From the IMG/VR virus record IMGVR_UViG_3300030103_004672, positions 24,678 through 88,677 of that record: a DNA stretch of 64,000 bases; one strand, 5' to 3'. This DNA is from a virus. Under the pieces are notes generated by a model that did no database searches, had not been told where the DNA came from, and worked only from the letters and a program-made list of their open reading frames with translations. Below, piece by piece: positions 38,192 through 48,800 of the stretch; position 1 is the first letter of the stretch, and every line of letters starts with the position of its first letter. Position numbers and translations under genes: made by a program.

Positions 38192-39983
38192 TGCAGGATT
38201 TGACTTCAGTGTAGATGCTGCAGAAAGTAATTTTTCTTGGTCAACTGAAAAAGTTAACCAATTGATGATTGCTTTAGATGAGGGCTATAAACCAAAAGCA
38301 CACCCCTTTCATAGTGGTGATCCAAATCTCAGAAAGGGTAACATTGTATTTAATTATACAGATAAGGAAATTAAGGAAATACGAAAGTGTGCTACTGATA
38401 TAGTTTATTTTGCAAATACCTATTGTACTGTAATGACAGATGAGGGCTTGAAGTCTATAACACTAAGACCTTATCAGGAAGAAATGCTAGAGCAATTTCA
38501 AAACGAAAGGTTCAATGTATGCTTAGCAAGCCGACAGGTAGGAAAAACTATATGTTCATCAATTTTTGTTGCATGGTACTCACTTTTTAATTTTGATAAA
38601 AACGCATTAGTTCTTTCAAATAAAGGTGCAACCACAAGAGAGATTATTGATAAGGGTAAAACTATCTTAACCCACTTGCCTTTCTTTCTTAAACCTGGTG
38701 TGATAAAATGGGACGTATTTAGTTCAAAATTTGATAATGGTTGCAGAATTATTGGACAAACAACTACTAAGAAGGCTGCTATCGGTTTTACGATCCATCT
38801 TCTATTTATGGATGAGTTTGCACATATTCCAAATCAGTTTGTTGATACTTTTTATGAGAACGTTTATCCAACAATTTCGGCATCCACGACATCAAAGGTT
38901 ATTATAACAAGCACACCAAACGGATTTAATAAGTTTTACGATATTTACAATGGCGCTTCATCAGGACTGAATGAGTATACACCATTTAGAGTGGATTGGT
39001 GGGATGTCCCAGGACGTGATGAGGCATGGATGCAGCAAGAAGTTTCAAACCTTGGAAGCGAGGAGGCTTTTAACCGCCAATACGGAAATCAGTTTATAGC
39101 ATCATCGTCTTTATTATTAAGTCCAGATAGTATTAAAAAACTTGGACAAAATAGAAAAGAATTCGTTTTTAGAGACATTCCAGAGTTTGAAGGAGAAGGT
39201 ATAGATTACCAAGGTCTAGTTTGGGATCCTGATTTTGATATTGATGATGCATCTGATGAGCTGAACTATTACATGTTTTCAGTTGATATTGCAGAGGGAG
39301 CAGGCGGAGATTATTCAGTTATCAATATATTTAAGGTGGAAATAATGGACTCGAAGGACTTTGATAAAGTACACACACCCGGTTCATTTGTTGACTTTTT
39401 TAGAATGCGCCAGATTGCAAGATTTAGGAGTAACGAACACTCTATAGAAGAGTTCTCAAAGGTTTTGTATGTCTTAGGTTTTGAGGTATTTTACCCAGAG
39501 AACCTAAAAATGATAATAGAATGGAATGTTTTTGGATCGGAAGTTGTAAAAAGGCTAGAAACTGTTTTTCCAGCAAGAAATAATTTTGATGAGGAGACTA
39601 TTGTGAAATTTAAGCACCGCGTTGACGGAACATCACTAAAATTTGGTCTTAAAGTAAAAAGTGATAATAAACCTATTTTTTGTCAAAACTTTAAAAAATA
39701 TGTGGTTCAAAATAGAATTGTATTCAACGAAACAGAAACAGTAAATGAGGCTAATTCTTTTGGTAGAATGCCAAATGGATCTTATGCAGGCCAACTTGGC
39801 AATGATGATCTAATTATGACATGCATAAATGGATGTGAATTTTTCAATACTATGGACTTCACTGAATTTGCTGAGGAGATTTATGAATATGTTGATTTTG
39901 GCGATCAGGACAAGATAGATAAAATCTTAGAGTCCGACTCTAAGGGTGGAAATCTTAACTATGATATTTACGATATCATTTAA
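38169..39983 (+). CDS. gp17: Terminase large subunit
   Basis: LRPYQ, SRQVGKT, MDEFAHI, TSTPNG, VDIAEG.GGDYS, DDLIM. Confidence 0.95.
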   Translation: MAKPQPHSAGFDFSVDAAESNFSWSTEKVNQLMIALDEGYKPKAHPFHSGDPNLRKGNIVFNYTDKEIKEIRKCATDIVYFANTYCTVMTDEGLKSITLRPYQEEMLEQFQNERFNVCLASRQVGKTICSSIFVAWYSLFNFDKNALVLSNKGATTREIIDKGKTILTHLPFFLKPGVIKWDVFSSKFDNGCRIIGQTTTKKAAIGFTIHLLFMDEFAHIPNQFVDTFYENVYPTISASTTSKVIITSTPNGFNKFYDIYNGASSGLNEYTPFRVDWWDVPGRDEAWMQQEVSNLGSEEAFNRQYGNQFIASSSLLLSPDSIKKLGQNRKEFVFRDIPEFEGEGIDYQGLVWDPDFDIDDASDELNYYMFSVDIAEGAGGDYSVINIFKVEIMDSKDFDKVHTPGSFVDFFRMRQIARFRSNEHSIEEFSKVLYVLGFEVFYPENLKMIIEWNVFGSEVVKRLETVFPARNNFDEETIVKFKHRVDGTSLKFGLKVKSDNKPIFCQNFKKYVVQNRIVFNETETVNEANSFGRMPNGSYAGQLGNDDLIMTCINGCEFFNTMDFTEFAEEIYEYVDFGDQDKIDKILESDSKGGNLNYDIYDII

Positions 39984-40015
39984 AAAATTATCAGATAAAA
40001 ATACTAATTGTAGCT

Positions 40016-40024
40016 GATATATAA
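40016..40024 (+). promoter_or_regulatory. Putative late promoter GATATATAA
   Basis: Exact motif upstream of sheath gene. Confidence 0.7.
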
Positions 40025-40053
40025 ATCAAATCTTAGTAAAAAAATATTATAAA

Positions 40054-43000
40054 ATGGCATTAGATCCGCAAATAACGTCGCTGAAAGCCTCTGGAACGTA
40101 TAGATTCGAATTTGACAAGAGTCAAGTTGTTAACATTCCAGCTAACCAGATTAGATTGGTTGTAGGTTTTTCTAAAAAAGGTCCATTCAATACGCCAGTG
40201 TTTGTTCCAGATACTGCTTTCTTTAAGCAAGTTTTCGGCGATATTGATAGAAACTTAGAAAAGAAAGATTCTTTCTTCCATAGAAGTTGTTTAGTTGCTC
40301 TTGAGAGAGGTCCAATTTTAGCAATGAATCTTTTAAATCTAGACGAAAACGATCAGGTTGAATATATTCAATTTGCAACTGGTGCTACACCAGGTAATGT
40401 ACAGGTTAACACTCCAAAGAATGGAGAATATCAAGGATTCTATAACAGAGACAGATTCTTCTTCCCAGACAGTGATGCATTCTTAGATAATGTTTCGCCT
40501 GCTGTTAACAGAGATGCTTTATCTGGCGCTTCTACTAATAACCTATTAGATTTTGTTAATCTAGGCCAAAATGCTGTATCTGTATTTGTTAAAAAGGCAG
40601 CAGCAGAAAATGTAGCTGGATTTGACATTACAGTTGAAGAATTTTACGGATCTGCAAACATCCCTGGATTCTTAGATAAGGACAGTTTGATATCTGACTT
40701 TATGGTAGATGTTTCTGTAATCGAAGGTAACTTTGGTGGAGATTTTTCTCTAGCAAATCCATACGAAAGATTTGATGCTGATCCATTATTCCAACCATAT
40801 TTTGATAAGAGCTCTGGTCTTTTAAGAAAGAAAGTTGCTACTGACGATAGTGATACCTCAATAACTGAGTTCTTGAACTTGCCAGAAGTTAACGAAATCG
40901 CAAGATATACGGCTTGTTTAATTCCAAACTTTATTGATCAGCTTGGAAACAATCTTTTTATCGAGAACTTAATAAACAGAGACACTGCAACTACAGGTCT
41001 TTTCGTAACAGTTAACGAAGACCTATTCTCAGGAGACTTCTTAATCGATGGAGTTGCTGGAGGTATTGACTTAATAGGACACAACCTGGAGAAGTCGCAA
41101 CCATCAACTGTTAACTTCCTTTCTTACCAAGGAGCTATTAAGTCAGATGTCGAGAGCTGTAAAGAATTCTCTACTCCTAATACCGTAGAAGTTTCTGCTA
41201 CCGATGTTGTGGCCGTTAGCACAAACGCTTCTGGGGACATTGAGATTACTGTTACTGGATCTGCTGGAGAAACTTTATATGATGCCCTAAGCGCAATGAC
41301 AGCAAACACCGCAACTACTATAGGTACTTATTTAAAGGGTGCAGTTAGCAACGAATATGTACCAGTTATTGGCAAGCAAGTATTAACAGGTTCTGTTACT
41401 ATTTCACTATCTGCGGTTGGAGGTATTGTTGTAGGAGACTTCCCGGTCACTGTTGGTGATATATTAACATACCTAAACCCTACTGACTTAGACTACATAG
41501 TACATGAGTGGGACGGCTCTGCACAAACTACAAAAATTGTAGGCGCGCCTGCATCTGCACTTTATACCCAAGTTTCTTCTGGAACTTTTACTGATGGGGA
41601 CACTGCAATCTATTCGTATACTAATGGTGGTGTAACAACTGACACACAATCGTTCTTAGTATTTGATGAAGCGACTTATGGCTACATACACGAAACAGAC
41701 ACTGGTATTGCTATTAGTGACCCTGCATACAATCTAACTATAGCTAAAGTAAGTCCTTACACAGATGAGAATTATGCTACTCCATTAGGAGCAACTGATT
41801 TCACTAAGTTTAACATTGACACAGCTAGCCCAGGTACTGGTGGATTCTTAACATCTAGTGGTACATTCGCAACGGCTAACTGCCTTAATGTTATAACGTT
41901 AAAAGGAGATCTTAACTTAACTGTTGATATCTTAGCAGATTCATCTGATGAGCCAACATTATTCCCTAACCAAGTTCTCATCGCCGCTACTGAAGATGAG
42001 GTTGTGAATGGAGATGTTGCTGTTGGAAGATACCTAGTACATAGTGATGGCGATCTAAGCAACCCATCTAGATTAACTAGAATTAATGAAGTTCAGGGTG
42101 GTAAAACTACTGCTAATTATGCTGCTATCCCAGCAGGAACTACTGCTATTCTAGTAACAACACAATCTGAGATCTTAGTAGATACTCAAAACGACGGCAC
42201 AACTGCTGGAGTTAAGAAGGTTGAACTTTACTACCCAATCGACCAATGGTTTGACTACCTAAATGTATTCAAACTAGATGGGTTTTCACTTGATCCAACT
42301 AAGCACGTGCCTGATGGAACTAATGATCGTCAAAACGATATCCTCAACGATACAATCGGAGCTGGAACAAACTTGTTCAAAGCACTGACTGACAGAGACA
42401 TCATTAACTTCAGATATTTAGTAGATACGTTTGGTAACGGTATTGAAGCTAATTCAAAATCTGTTTACACAAAACTATGTTCAAGCAGAAAGAATGCTTC
42501 TGCGATTATCAATGCGCCTTCTGCTAGAGATTTCAAGAAGAGCACTGATCCATCATTCCTAGATGCAACTAAAACGCTTTCTACAAGATTTATTGCTGAG
42601 GGTGGTGATCTAAGCAAGAATCCAACAGTGAGATACTCACTACCATCTATTGCGGATGGCGCCAGCTTTGGATTCTACTTCTTCCCATTCGTACAAGTAC
42701 GAGACTTAGGAAGAAATATCAGCGTACCGCCCGCAGCTTACGTATCAAACAACTTCATTAACAAGTTTGAAAATGCATTACCATGGTCATTGGTTGCTGG
42801 AGTACGACGCGGAGTCTTAGGCGGTGCTGGATTAGTCGGTCTTGAAACGAATCTTGATACTAGTGATAGAGCAAATATCGAGCCATTTGGTCTCAACCCA
42901 ATCATCTTCCAAAGTGGAACTGGGCCTACTATCTTTGCTAACAAAACGGCACAGCAGAATCCAACATCTGCACTTAGCTCAATTAACGTTAGAGAAGTAG

Positions 43001-43302
43001 TGATCTATATCCAAGATGGTATCGACGCAATCTTGAAAAACTACTTGTTTGAGTTTAACACTCCACAAACAAGACTAGAGATCGTAACGTTAGCAAACAA
43101 CTTCTTGCAAACTGTTCAGAACGACGATGGAGTATTTGACTTCAGAAACGTGATGGATGAAACAAATAACCCGCCAGAAGTTATTGACAGAAACATTGGA
43201 ATAATTGACACCTTCATCGAGCCTGTTAGAGGTATGGAAATTCTCGTACAGAGAACAACAATCTTGAGAACTGGAGCGATTAGCAGTGGAAACTTCCAAT
43301 AA
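40054..43302 (+). CDS. gp18: Tail sheath protein
   Basis: SGTY.FE.D.S, GFSKKGPFNTP, VPPAAYV, AG.RRG, NPII, KT, INVRE, FEFN. Confidence 0.92.
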   Translation: MALDPQITSLKASGTYRFEFDKSQVVNIPANQIRLVVGFSKKGPFNTPVFVPDTAFFKQVFGDIDRNLEKKDSFFHRSCLVALERGPILAMNLLNLDENDQVEYIQFATGATPGNVQVNTPKNGEYQGFYNRDRFFFPDSDAFLDNVSPAVNRDALSGASTNNLLDFVNLGQNAVSVFVKKAAAENVAGFDITVEEFYGSANIPGFLDKDSLISDFMVDVSVIEGNFGGDFSLANPYERFDADPLFQPYFDKSSGLLRKKVATDDSDTSITEFLNLPEVNEIARYTACLIPNFIDQLGNNLFIENLINRDTATTGLFVTVNEDLFSGDFLIDGVAGGIDLIGHNLEKSQPSTVNFLSYQGAIKSDVESCKEFSTPNTVEVSATDVVAVSTNASGDIEITVTGSAGETLYDALSAMTANTATTIGTYLKGAVSNEYVPVIGKQVLTGSVTISLSAVGGIVVGDFPVTVGDILTYLNPTDLDYIVHEWDGSAQTTKIVGAPASALYTQVSSGTFTDGDTAIYSYTNGGVTTDTQSFLVFDEATYGYIHETDTGIAISDPAYNLTIAKVSPYTDENYATPLGATDFTKFNIDTASPGTGGFLTSSGTFATANCLNVITLKGDLNLTVDILADSSDEPTLFPNQVLIAATEDEVVNGDVAVGRYLVHSDGDLSNPSRLTRINEVQGGKTTANYAAIPAGTTAILVTTQSEILVDTQNDGTTAGVKKVELYYPIDQWFDYLNVFKLDGFSLDPTKHVPDGTNDRQNDILNDTIGAGTNLFKALTDRDIINFRYLVDTFGNGIEANSKSVYTKLCSSRKNASAIINAPSARDFKKSTDPSFLDATKTLSTRFIAEGGDLSKNPTVRYSLPSIADGASFGFYFFPFVQVRDLGRNISVPPAAYVSNNFINKFENALPWSLVAGVRRGVLGGAGLVGLETNLDTSDRANIEPFGLNPIIFQSGTGPTIFANKTAQQNPTSALSSINVREVVIYIQDGIDAILKNYLFEFNTPQTRLEIVTLANNFLQTVQNDDGVFDFRNVMDETNNPPEVIDRNIGIIDTFIEPVRGMEILVQRTTILRTGAISSGNFQ

Positions 43303-43333
43303 CAGATAGATAAATAAAAAAAAGAGATAGAAT

Positions 43334-43894
43334 ATGCCACTTCCGCATTATACACAGAGTAGAACGAGTAATAACCTTTTCGAGCCAATATATCCCAGTT
43401 TGTTTGAGGTGACTTTGTTTACACCTCCTTCAATTGGAGCTGACACAGCAGTATTGCTTGAGCACGTCAAATCTATTGGTGGTCTTAACGGACTTAACCC
43501 ATCAGTTGACGCTGTAGGACAAAAGTACAAATTTGCTGATCGTTCATTCGCTTCAATGCCAGGTCAGACTTTCATTGATGTAAGTATGAACTTCACATTG
43601 AACTTGAATGATGCAAATGAGAACTTCATTTACAACACTATGAGAAACTGGTATAAGTTGATCTACGATCCATTAACTGCTGAGATGGGTCTTAAGAGAG
43701 ACTATGTTGGTAGTGCAATTATCGTACAGTACAACCGTCCTGGTGATGTATTTAGAAAGATTACTCTAAATGACATCTTCCCAACTGGTGCTCCTGAATT
43801 CTTAGATGAATTAAATTACGAGACCAACGATCCAGCTGAATTGTCAATGACATACCGTTGTGACCACTGGGTTGAGGAGAACGTTGGAGGATAA
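43334..43894 (+). CDS. gp19: Tail tube protein
   Basis: Follows sheath; NW..LIYDP.T..MG.K.DY, FPT, L.Y, T...D.W. Confidence 0.85.
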   Translation: MPLPHYTQSRTSNNLFEPIYPSLFEVTLFTPPSIGADTAVLLEHVKSIGGLNGLNPSVDAVGQKYKFADRSFASMPGQTFIDVSMNFTLNLNDANENFIYNTMRNWYKLIYDPLTAEMGLKRDYVGSAIIVQYNRPGDVFRKITLNDIFPTGAPEFLDELNYETNDPAELSMTYRCDHWVEENVGG

Positions 43895-43914
43895 TTCAAA
43901 CTCTCAATTATTTT

Positions 43915-43947
43915 AAAAAGGGCCAAAAAAAAATTGGCCCTTTTTTT
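43915..43947 (+). terminator. Intrinsic terminator after tube gene
   Basis: AAAAAGGGCCAA...TTGGCCCTTTTT plus T run. Confidence 0.85.
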
Positions 43948-43995
43948 ATTTTCCAAGATTAGACATGATATATAATACATAATATAGATTAACTA

Positions 43996-44466
43996 ATGGT
44001 AATTTTTAAAGTAACACATAAATCAAACGGTAAGGTTTACATTGGTTATTCAACTAACGACAATCCTAACTTTTATGGATCTGGCAAATACATCAAAAAG
44101 GCAATTCAACATTTTGGAATTGATAGTTTTGATAAAACACTAATCGAGTCTTTCGAAGACGATGCTAGCATAGCAACAGTCATGGAGAGGGTTGATTATT
44201 GGATTAAACATTTTAAAGCAGATAGTTCAAAGTATGGATATAACGAAAGTATAGTTGAATTAATACCAAAAAAGAAGAAACTCACAAGAAAGCTTCAGGT
44301 TTTGCTATCAAGTGAACATGAAGATGCTCTAAATTCTATTATAATTTCTAAATCAATGGAACAGGGAACAAAACCTATGGCATTGTCTAAATATATCAGA
44401 CAGCTAATTATCCAACATATAGTGGAAGAAACAAATATTCAAAAACAATTTAGTCAAAAAAATTAA
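43996..44466 (+). CDS. Degenerate GIY-YIG domain fused to ribbon-helix-helix-like domain
   Basis: IFKVT...GKVYIG, YGSG, GYN; C-terminal KLQVLLS..HEDALN...ALSKYIRQLI. Confidence 0.6.
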   Translation: MVIFKVTHKSNGKVYIGYSTNDNPNFYGSGKYIKKAIQHFGIDSFDKTLIESFEDDASIATVMERVDYWIKHFKADSSKYGYNESIVELIPKKKKLTRKLQVLLSSEHEDALNSIIISKSMEQGTKPMALSKYIRQLIIQHIVEETNIQKQFSQKN

Positions 44467-44478
44467 AATAACAAAAAC

Positions 44479-45582
44479 ATGGATAACAATTTTGGAAATG
44501 TACATGGTGATGACAGAAAGGCACACCAAGAAAACTTGAAAAAGGAATTTGAAGCAAAGGAAGCTGAAGCGGCAGCAAAGGCGGCACCCAAGGGCGCAGG
44601 TCCAACCGGTCCTACCGAAGAAGCCGTAGATGTTGACTCTTATGAGGATAAAGTTGCTGAAACTGATGATAAAGGAACTATCACTAACTTAGGTAGGGTT
44701 GCACATGAGCGCAACAGATCGGTTAATCCCGATGATCCTAAGATCAAGAGAATGCGTGAACTAACAGGTTATCATTCTTTAGACACAAAGCTATTCCCTT
44801 CAGGTGGAAAATTCTATAGAGATGATTTCGAGATTCATATTAGAGCGGCAAGAGTTGCAGAAATCAGAGACTTCTCTACAATGAATGAAGATGACATCAA
44901 TGATGTTGATGAAAAGTTAAATGAGATCCTCGTAGGATGTTGTAAGGTCATGTTTGGGCAACAGAGAGGATCATATAGAGATATTCTAGAAGAAGATAGA
45001 ATCTATGTGATTCTGAGCATCAGAGAGCTTACATTTAAACAAGGAGAACAACAACTAATGATGCCTGTCGGATCACGTAAATGTTCTGGTGTTTGTTCGT
45101 TCGGTGATCAAATGGAACTTAAAACATCAAACCTTCAATTCGAAAGACCTGATATGGAGATTGAAAAGTATTATGATGATCATACAAAGTCTTACGCAAT
45201 TGAAACTAAAAACTACGGAACTATTTACATGGCTCCTCCAACAATTGGAGTTATGCGCCAGCTTAGTGAATGGATTAAGGCAAAAGAGCAAGAAGGCAAA
45301 AAGTGGGATAAGTCCAGTGTAACTACAATGCCATATCTGCAAAGAGAATGGCGCGGATGGAGTGACCGAGAAATATTTCAGTCTGTTTCTAACATGCAAG
45401 GTTGGGATGCCACGAAATATGCTTTAATTTATCGATTAGCTGAGAGAATGCGAGTTGGTGTGAAACAAGAAATGATCTTTGATTGTGAAGGTTGCGGTGC
45501 TGAGATCACCGTGCCCTTAACGTTTCCCGGAGGGCTCAAATCTCTTTTCGTTATTTCAGATATCTCTTCTGAACTTCTTTAA
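44479..45582 (+). CDS. Baseplate hub / tail assembly chaperone (gp26-like)
   Basis: PSGGKFY, D...L.IR.LTF, two Cys pairs; lies between tube and tape measure. Confidence 0.65.
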   Translation: MDNNFGNVHGDDRKAHQENLKKEFEAKEAEAAAKAAPKGAGPTGPTEEAVDVDSYEDKVAETDDKGTITNLGRVAHERNRSVNPDDPKIKRMRELTGYHSLDTKLFPSGGKFYRDDFEIHIRAARVAEIRDFSTMNEDDINDVDEKLNEILVGCCKVMFGQQRGSYRDILEEDRIYVILSIRELTFKQGEQQLMMPVGSRKCSGVCSFGDQMELKTSNLQFERPDMEIEKYYDDHTKSYAIETKNYGTIYMAPPTIGVMRQLSEWIKAKEQEGKKWDKSSVTTMPYLQREWRGWSDREIFQSVSNMQGWDATKYALIYRLAERMRVGVKQEMIFDCEGCGAEITVPLTFPGGLKSLFVISDISSELL

Positions 45583-45595
45583 AACGAGGGTCATA

Positions 45596-45838
45596 TTGAT
45601 GGAAAAGCTTCACATGCAAGTCAGTGAAATTGATGCTCTTCCATTTTATGAATTTGAATTTACCATCGAGTCGTACAACGATATTGTTGAAGAAAGAAAC
45701 GAACATGAAAAGAAACAGCAAGCTGATCAAGAAGGACAACTCGACATGGATAAATACAAAAAGACTTTAGGAAATCCGTCTAAACTGATGGGTAGCTCTG
45801 GCATGAAAATGCCGAGTTTAAAGATGCCTAAACTCTAA
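45596..45838 (+). CDS. gp51-like / tail chaperone T part; frame open from 45521
   Basis: EIDALPFYEFE motif; upstream in-frame SLLNFFKTRVILM overlaps the end of the previous gene. Confidence 0.6.
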   Translation: MMEKLHMQVSEIDALPFYEFEFTIESYNDIVEERNEHEKKQQADQEGQLDMDKYKKTLGNPSKLMGSSGMKMPSLKMPKL

Positions 45839-45857
45839 AAAAAGGTCTATTGCCTAG

Positions 45858-48800
45858 ATGGCTCGTTTTAAGCTAGAAGATTTAATGTCCCCATTAAAGG
45901 CTCTTGAACAGAAGTTCCAGGAGCTAGTGGACCAAGGTGGAGCTGGCGGCGGTGGTAGCGCTGCTGCCGGCCAGGCCGTTGCCACTGGTGATATGTCCTC
46001 GTTAGTAGAGATAAACACGGCAATCGCAAGTGAATTACAGGGGCAAACTACTCTCTTAAAACAAATTGCTGCAAACACCAGAGGAGGCGGTGGTGGAGGT
46101 GATGGCGGAATGTCAGCAAGACTTGGAAGAGCTGGAGAAGCAATCATGTTGGTATCGGGTGGTATCTTAGCACTTGGTCGTGCCCTTCGAAGGTTGGGCC
46201 GAAGATCAAAGTCTATCAATAAAGGTATAGATTCGATAGGAAACCTTTTAGATAAGCTTGGTGAAGAGTTCGACGATAAACAACAAATTACAAAGCTCAG
46301 GGAAGGTGGAGAGGCGCTTACTGCGGTAGGCGATGGTATATTGCGTTTCATGAAAGCCATGGCGATATCGTCGCTATTAGCAATACCTGCGGCAATAGGT
46401 GCTCCAATAGTATTCTTTATAGTTAGAATGGCAGGCCGTACATTCTCGGCAATGGGCAGACAGGCTAAAGAGATAAAAGCAGGTGCCAATGCAATAGAGC
46501 AGATAGGATACGGGTTAACAGAATTTGCTATAGGGTTCGGTGTACTTATGCTAATTTCATTGGCTGTAATAGCGATGCCACAATTAGCGTTAGTTGGTGT
46601 AGGACTTCTATTAAGTATGGCACTTGTATTTAGGATAATAGGTGCTGGTGCTAAACAAATAAGAAAGGGTGGTCGTGCAGTGGCATTTGTAGGTCTCGGA
46701 TTAGCTGCATTTGGCGCTGGATATTTTATATTTGCACTAGCCATAAGCAAAGCAGGTGTAACATTTAAATCTGTTGGAATTCAAATGCTTGTCTTAGTAG
46801 GTATGCTAGGTGTATTTGGTCTTGCCGGCAACATTATTGCTAAAAATCCTTTGGGTCCACAGATACTTCTTTACGGCCTAGCAGCGTTTGCAGCATTAGG
46901 ATTAGGACTGCTAGTATTCAGTTTTGGATACAAAAAATTTGCAGAAGCAACCAAGGGAATGAAGATGATGGACGCTGTCGTCCAAGGGGCAGTCTTGCTT
47001 GAGGTCGGACTAGTAATGGCATTGATGGGTCTAGCAGTATTTGCTTCCGCAGGTAGTGTGCTATTAGGTCCAGTTATGTATGGAGCCATCGGATTATCAC
47101 TGGTAGAATTATCAAAAGGATTAGTTAAGTTTAAGGAAGCAAAGTTCACTAAAGAAGATGCTGAAAACATGGGGGCTGTGCTCACAGTAATTAAAGCTGC
47201 ATTTAGTAATGGTCCATTTGAAACAAAAGGCGGAGGTTTTGGCGGATTTTTAGGAAGTATTGGAAATGCAATAGCAGCACCGTTTGAGACTGCGGCTGTA
47301 GCCGGATCAGCAGCGTCTATGTCATTGATAGGTGGCGCGCTGGTCGATCTATCAAAAGGTTTAGCCAAGTATAAGGCTGTCAAATTTACACAAACTGACG
47401 CAGAGGATCTTGCCGTTGGAATCACATCTATAAGTGCAGCATTTGCTAATGCAGGCGGAGGGGCTAAGTATATGCTAGGTATTAAGATTAAACCTAGCAA
47501 CACTGAGGCTGGTATAAGCGCAACGAAAAAGGCTGGAAAGAGCCTAATATCGATAGCTAATGGCTTGAAAGCATTCATGGCGCTATCGGACACAATACCT
47601 TTTGGTAAGGTTGAGAATAAAGGAGATGGCAATGTAACAATTAAGAAAGCTAATGGCCAAGAAGACCTTAAGGGGGAAACATTAGCTTACAGGCTCGTAA
47701 ATGGAGTTGGAATGGTTCAACAGGCATTCGCTGCAATTGGTGAACAAAACACATCACCTGCGCCAGGACTCTTTGGCATGATTGGATTCAACCAAAATGC
47801 AGTTGCGCAGGGTATTAAGGCAACTAAGAATGCTGGCAAGTCAATGGACAGCATAGTCAAAGGGCTTAGAGCATTTATGTCAACTGCTGGTGCAATTGAT
47901 TTTGGAAAGATAGAAGGTGTTGGTGAAGGTAATGTGGTTATTAAGAAGGCCGACGGTTCAGACGACACTGGAGGGGAAACTCTCGCATATATGGTAGTAA
48001 ATGGAATCGGTATGGTTCAACAGGCATTTGCAGCTATAGGGGAGGAAAGTGCGCCGGCGCCTGGATTATTTGGTATGATCGGTTTTAGCCAAAACGCAGT
48101 TAATAGAGGTATTAAGGTCACTAAGAACGCAGGCAAGAGATTGACTGAGATTGCAAAGGCACTTCAGGCGTATTCTCAAATGATAACATCAGGTCCACCA
48201 TTTGGAGATCCCTCAAATCCTAATGGCCCAGGTAAAGGGACTATAACTGAAGCTGTTATAAACTCAATGGGTGTTGTACAAGCTGGTTTTGAAGCTATTG
48301 GTAAAAAAAGTAAGCCATCTAGAGCATTCTTTGGTATAGCTGGTGCTTTAGGATTTAAAGAAAACCCAGTTAAGCAGGGTATCAGGAAAGTAAGAGGAGC
48401 AGGTAGAGAATTAACGAAAATAGCTAAGGGTTTAAAGGCATTCGCTGATATAATAAGTTCAGGCGTCAAGTTCGGAAACCCAGAAAGTCCAACATTTGGA
48501 GGATCAAATACAATAACCGCTGCTGTTGTTAATTCAATGGGTATTGTTACCGCCGGTTTTGAGGCAATAGGCAAGAAAAGTAAGCCATCTAAGGCATTCT
48601 TTGGTCTTGGAGGCGCTTTAGGGTTCAAAGAGAATCCTGTTAAGCAAGGTATTAGAAAGGTTAGAGGTGCAGGTAAGCAGTTAAGAGAAATAGCTAGTGG
48701 CCTTAAGGCATTCGCCGATATAATGAATTCCGGTATTGATTTTGGTGATCCGAAGAGTGAAACCTTTGGAGGATCAAAAACCCTTACAGCGGCTGTGGTT

